Below, one piece after another: positions 39,935-42,756 of a stretch of DNA of 42,756 nucleotides; position 1 is the first letter of the stretch, and each line of letters starts with the position of its first letter. The notes under the pieces were generated by a model. It was not told where the DNA came from. It ran no database searches and worked only from the letters and a program-made list of their open reading frames with translations. The position numbers and the translations under genes were made by a program. The stretch comes from a virus, in the IMG/VR virus record IMGVR_UViG_3300017698_000003, positions 1-42,756 of that record; one strand, 5' to 3'.

Positions 39935-42756
39935 GGTGTTGCACTCCTAATAGCTATGGTTTCTTCGCGCAACGAACCGTAGTTACCGTACGCGGCCCCG
40001 AACTGCGCAACGTCTACCGTTAGCGAAGTCTGCGCCGTACCGAAGTCGGTAACTTGGTCGGCTGCGCTATAGGTGTACGTCGGTGTCGTCAATTCTACTT
40101 CGCGTACAATAGTCACGCCGTCGTAAATGCGCAAGCGGTACTGTTCGCTTTCTTCGTTCAATGGCGGATTAGAAACCGACCAACCGTCGCCGTTAAAGCG
40201 CGTGCGGCGCTTCCATGCTATAGCAAGGTCGCCGCTTCCGTTAATCGACATTTGCACGCCTGTAGGGGCGTAGGGGCGCAGCCCGACGCGCTTACCTTGG
40301 TGCGTGCCCGTCCTGTACGTGTCGTCGCTTTGCGGGTAGCGCGACGGCCCCCAACTATAGGTAAATTCGTCGGCGCTTTGCGCGTCCGTCATTACTACCG
40401 GCGATATAAACGATTGTTCAAGCAACACGACGGGGGCACCTGTGGGCACCGGGTCGCCCATTGCGTTTTCAGTACCAAGTTGCCCGCGTAGTAGGTCCGT
40501 TACGTCGTACGCGTTGGTTCCTGTTAGCGTAGTCGTTGCGAACTGTATAACTTCCCATTCGTCTTTAGCTTCGTTGTAGACGCCTAGGGCAATAGCCCCG
40601 TTCAACGCTACCAATTCGTCAACGCTGGCAAGCGCGCCGTAATCGAATGCGACGGAAAGTACGTTGCCCCTATCCCAAACGCCATGGGGCGCGGAATATA
40701 GCGGGGCGGTAAGTTCGCCGATTGAATTCTTATACGGGTGCCGGTTGTTGAATTCGTACGTACTGTCGGAAAGTTGGCGGTATAGCGATATTTCGCCCGG
40801 CCAAGGGTCCGCGTAGGTTACGAACATAGGTGCCCATGGTAGCGGTTCTTCGCCCGTGAATAGCGGCAAGTCAAGGAACACCAATTGCGCCGACCCGTAG
40901 ATATTGCCGATACCCGGCAAGCGGTCGTCTTCGGGCGCGTTGGGTAGGCTGAATATGCCGGGGTCGAACGCGGCGAATTCTGCGTTACGCATTTCGCCAA
41001 GCGATAGCAGGGTAAGCCGCCCGGTAAGGCTATGGCTTCCGACGGGAAACGTAATTGCGTCGCCGGGGTCTAGCTTAGACAACGACGGGGGTAGTTTCAT
41101 CTTGCCCGTTTGGCGTTCAATCCATTTCTGTTGTACAAGGCCGTCGGCAAGACTACGGCAATAGTCCGTCGTAAGAAGTAGCGGCAAGTCTAGTTCTTCG
41201 ATTGTCTGCGAATATCCGCGCGAAGTCTTGCCGTCAACCGACCCCGAATTGTAGTCGTTGAATTCGTCGATAAACGTTACCTTGATAGACGACGGCAAGT
41301 CGGTTTCTTGCCCGCGCTTAAGCGTAACGCCTACGGCGTCGTTGTCGTCTACTACAAAGTCGTCGTCTGATATTGACGACGTGCGCGTGTTACTGCGCAG
41401 TAAGAACTTAATCTTACCTTCGCTTTCGAACGCGTCGAATAGATAGCCTTCCATAAGCGTTTCAATGCTTGCCCGTATCCGTTCGGGCTTTTCGACATTG
41501 TAGCCCCGCACAAGGGCACCGGGGCCGTACAGGCCGGTAACGTCGTATTGGTCGGGGGTCAGCCCCGCCAGACTGCACAGATAGGCCACAAGGCGGGCTA
41601 GGGGCACGCTTTCAATGCGCCCCGTCCACCAATGCCCCTTAAACCACAAATCGCCGTCTGACCACACGGTAGACCGCGCCGGGTAGTCGGGAAATGGCCG
41701 GGCGTCCCATGTCCAAATGAACATATTCTTAGTTTCAAGCATTGATAGACCCGAACCATTATCGGGCGAATTCGACCCCCAATAGTCAAGCACGGCTTCG
41801 ACGGCTACACGCTGTATAAAGTCGTCGCGCAATCCCGACGAAAAGTACGGAAAGGAACTTTCCGAAGACTTAGGGTCGTAGAATACGTTCGGTTGGTTGG
41901 TGCCTTTGTCTATCGCAGGCACGCCGAATTCAGTAAACCAAATAGGCTTAGACCCCGGAACCCAACCCGTAGGGCTAGCGTCTTCGACGCCGCCGGGGCG
42001 GTTGTAGTGCGAATTCAACCACCACGAACGAAAATCTTTGTTGCGGAAAACCCACGGCTTGCCGTACGCGCCGTCGGTTATCGGCGTACGCGTTTGCGAT
42101 ATGCGGTCGGCTTCACTTGCGTAGTACCAATCGAAGTATTCGCCGCCTTCGATATTCGACTTAAGGTAGTCGGGTTCGTACGTAGATACGGGGCCGTTAA
42201 CCCCGTCGTAGTCAAGGTGCTGCGACCCGTCGCGCCAATCCGACAACGGTAGGTAGTTGTCGCAGCCGCAAGCGTCGATATTTGCCGAAGACCAAAGCGG
42301 GTCTAAGTGGAACCAATGGCCGTCGCTTCGGCTATCGTACCATTCCGACCAATCGGCGGCGTAGGTAACGTCTGTGCCGCCCCCTACGATACCCTTAACC
42401 GTCGCAGCTAGCGACACAAGGCGGGTTACGCCGGGGTACGACCCTAGCGCGTCGCGCGTCTTCGTAATCTGCACAAGTTCGGACCCGATAACGAAGCCGT
42501 CAACGCCCCCGGCTGCGTCGCATAGGTTAGCGTAGTGCGTAACCATGGCGTCGTATTCGTCGAACCAAGCGTTAACCTGTGTTGCAGCCGCCGCCGTCTT
42601 ATCGACCGACCCGGCATAGCCGTAAGCGGGGCTAGCCGTAATACGCCCGCGCCATGGGAAGGCCGGTTGCCCGGCGGTCGCCGCGTTGTCGCTGTACGGG
42701 TTCGGTAGGGTGTTGCCGCTAACTACGTCCATTAAAATAAACGGGTAGAATATTAC
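39931..42756 (-). CDS. Baseplate/host-specificity protein, RcGTA g15-like, C-terminal part (same gene as 1..1134; total about 1286 aa)
   Basis: The frame is open to the window end. The Met at 42732 is internal: the junction reads ...GKRVIFYPFILMDVVSGNTLPNPY..., as in the GTA TIM-barrel-like domain. It sits after the g14-like peptidase, in GTA order. Confidence 0.85.
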   Translation of the reverse strand, partial: VIFYPFILMDVVSGNTLPNPYSDNAATAGQPAFPWRGRITASPAYGYAGSVDKTAAAATQVNAWFDEYDAMVTHYANLCDAAGGVDGFVIGSELVQITKTRDALGSYPGVTRLVSLAATVKGIVGGGTDVTYAADWSEWYDSRSDGHWFHLDPLWSSANIDACGCDNYLPLSDWRDGSQHLDYDGVNGPVSTYEPDYLKSNIEGGEYFDWYYASEADRISQTRTPITDGAYGKPWVFRNKDFRSWWLNSHYNRPGGVEDASPTGWVPGSKPIWFTEFGVPAIDKGTNQPNVFYDPKSSESSFPYFSSGLRDDFIQRVAVEAVLDYWGSNSPDNGSGLSMLETKNMFIWTWDARPFPDYPARSTVWSDGDLWFKGHWWTGRIESVPLARLVAYLCSLAGLTPDQYDVTGLYGPGALVRGYNVEKPERIRASIETLMEGYLFDAFESEGKIKFLLRSNTRTSSISDDDFVVDDNDAVGVTLKRGQETDLPSSIKVTFIDEFNDYNSGSVDGKTSRGYSQTIEELDLPLLLTTDYCRSLADGLVQQKWIERQTGKMKLPPSLSKLDPGDAITFPVGSHSLTGRLTLLSLGEMRNAEFAAFDPGIFSLPNAPEDDRLPGIGNIYGSAQLVFLDLPLFTGEEPLPWAPMFVTYADPWPGEISLYRQLSDSTYEFNNRHPYKNSIGELTAPLYSAPHGVWDRGNVLSVAFDYGALASVDELVALNGAIALGVYNEAKDEWEVIQFATTTLTGTNAYDVTDLLRGQLGTENAMGDPVPTGAPVVLLEQSFISPVVMTDAQSADEFTYSWGPSRYPQSDDTYRTGTHQGKRVGLRPYAPTGVQMSINGSGDLAIAWKRRTRFNGDGWSVSNPPLNEESEQYRLRIYDGVTIVREVELTTPTYTYSAADQVTDFGTAQTSLTVDVAQFGAAYGNYGSLREETIAIRSATP
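42658..42756. repeat. Right copy of exact 99-bp terminal direct repeat
   Basis: Identical to 1..99. It lies inside a coding frame, so it behaves like an assembly overlap. Confidence 0.95.

Larger units (their letters stand above)
1..42756. mobile_element. Complete tailed-phage (siphovirus-like) genome, circularly closed assembly; likely alphaproteobacterial host
   Basis: Full set of packaging, head, tail, lysis and replication genes. Exact 99-bp overlap of the two ends. The GTA-like baseplate genes (g12-g15 homologs) are typical of phages and GTAs of Alphaproteobacteria. Confidence 0.9.

Noticed and set aside
1-42756. Lysogeny module (integrase, excisionase, attP) or a defence island
   Set aside because: No ORF shows tyrosine or serine recombinase motifs. 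The only regulator is the small HTH protein. Nothing resembling a known multi-gene defence system was recognised.

Overview
This window is a complete, gene-dense genome of a siphovirus-type dsDNA phage. Bases 1-99 recur exactly at 42658-42756, so the unique sequence is about 42,657 bp and the contig is circularly closed or terminally overlapping. There are three transcription blocks. (i) Minus strand, 19.3 kb down to base 1 and on across the junction from 42.7 to 38.6 kb: lysis cassette, terminase, portal, head, neck, tail tube, a G/GT chaperone pair with an A_AAA_AAC -1 frameshift site, tape measure, an RcGTA g12-g15-like baseplate module and a DUF2793/C1q-like fibre. The g15-like gene (about 1286 aa) is cut in two by the window ends. 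(ii) Minus strand, 29.6 to 19.4 kb: small HTH regulator, prim-pol/helicase, a 337-bp AT-rich repeat region, and about 20 small genes including a TopoVI-A/Spo11-like protein, RNase H, a VRR-NUC nuclease and several Cys-rich mini-proteins. (iii) Plus strand, 29.7 to 38.6 kb: Sak4-like ATPase, DUF669 SSB-like protein with a long Q/G/P-rich tail, Cas4-like nuclease, SF2 helicase, an 82-aa protein ending in the SSB tip motif FDDIPF, a beta-clamp-like protein and a family A DNA polymerase. I saw no integrase, tRNA, rRNA or CRISPR array. The most unusual signals are these. In a base-by-base read I found no GATC and no GANTC anywhere, and GAG/CTC is depleted about 30-fold, with many survivors sitting in Shine-Dalgarno AGGAG. 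A promoter pattern TTGACN-N17-TAGGGT-like occurs seven times at operon starts. The phage carries a type IIB topoisomerase A-subunit-like gene and an SSB-tip-bearing mini-protein. All calls come from reading the sequence and remembered family motifs; no searches were run.
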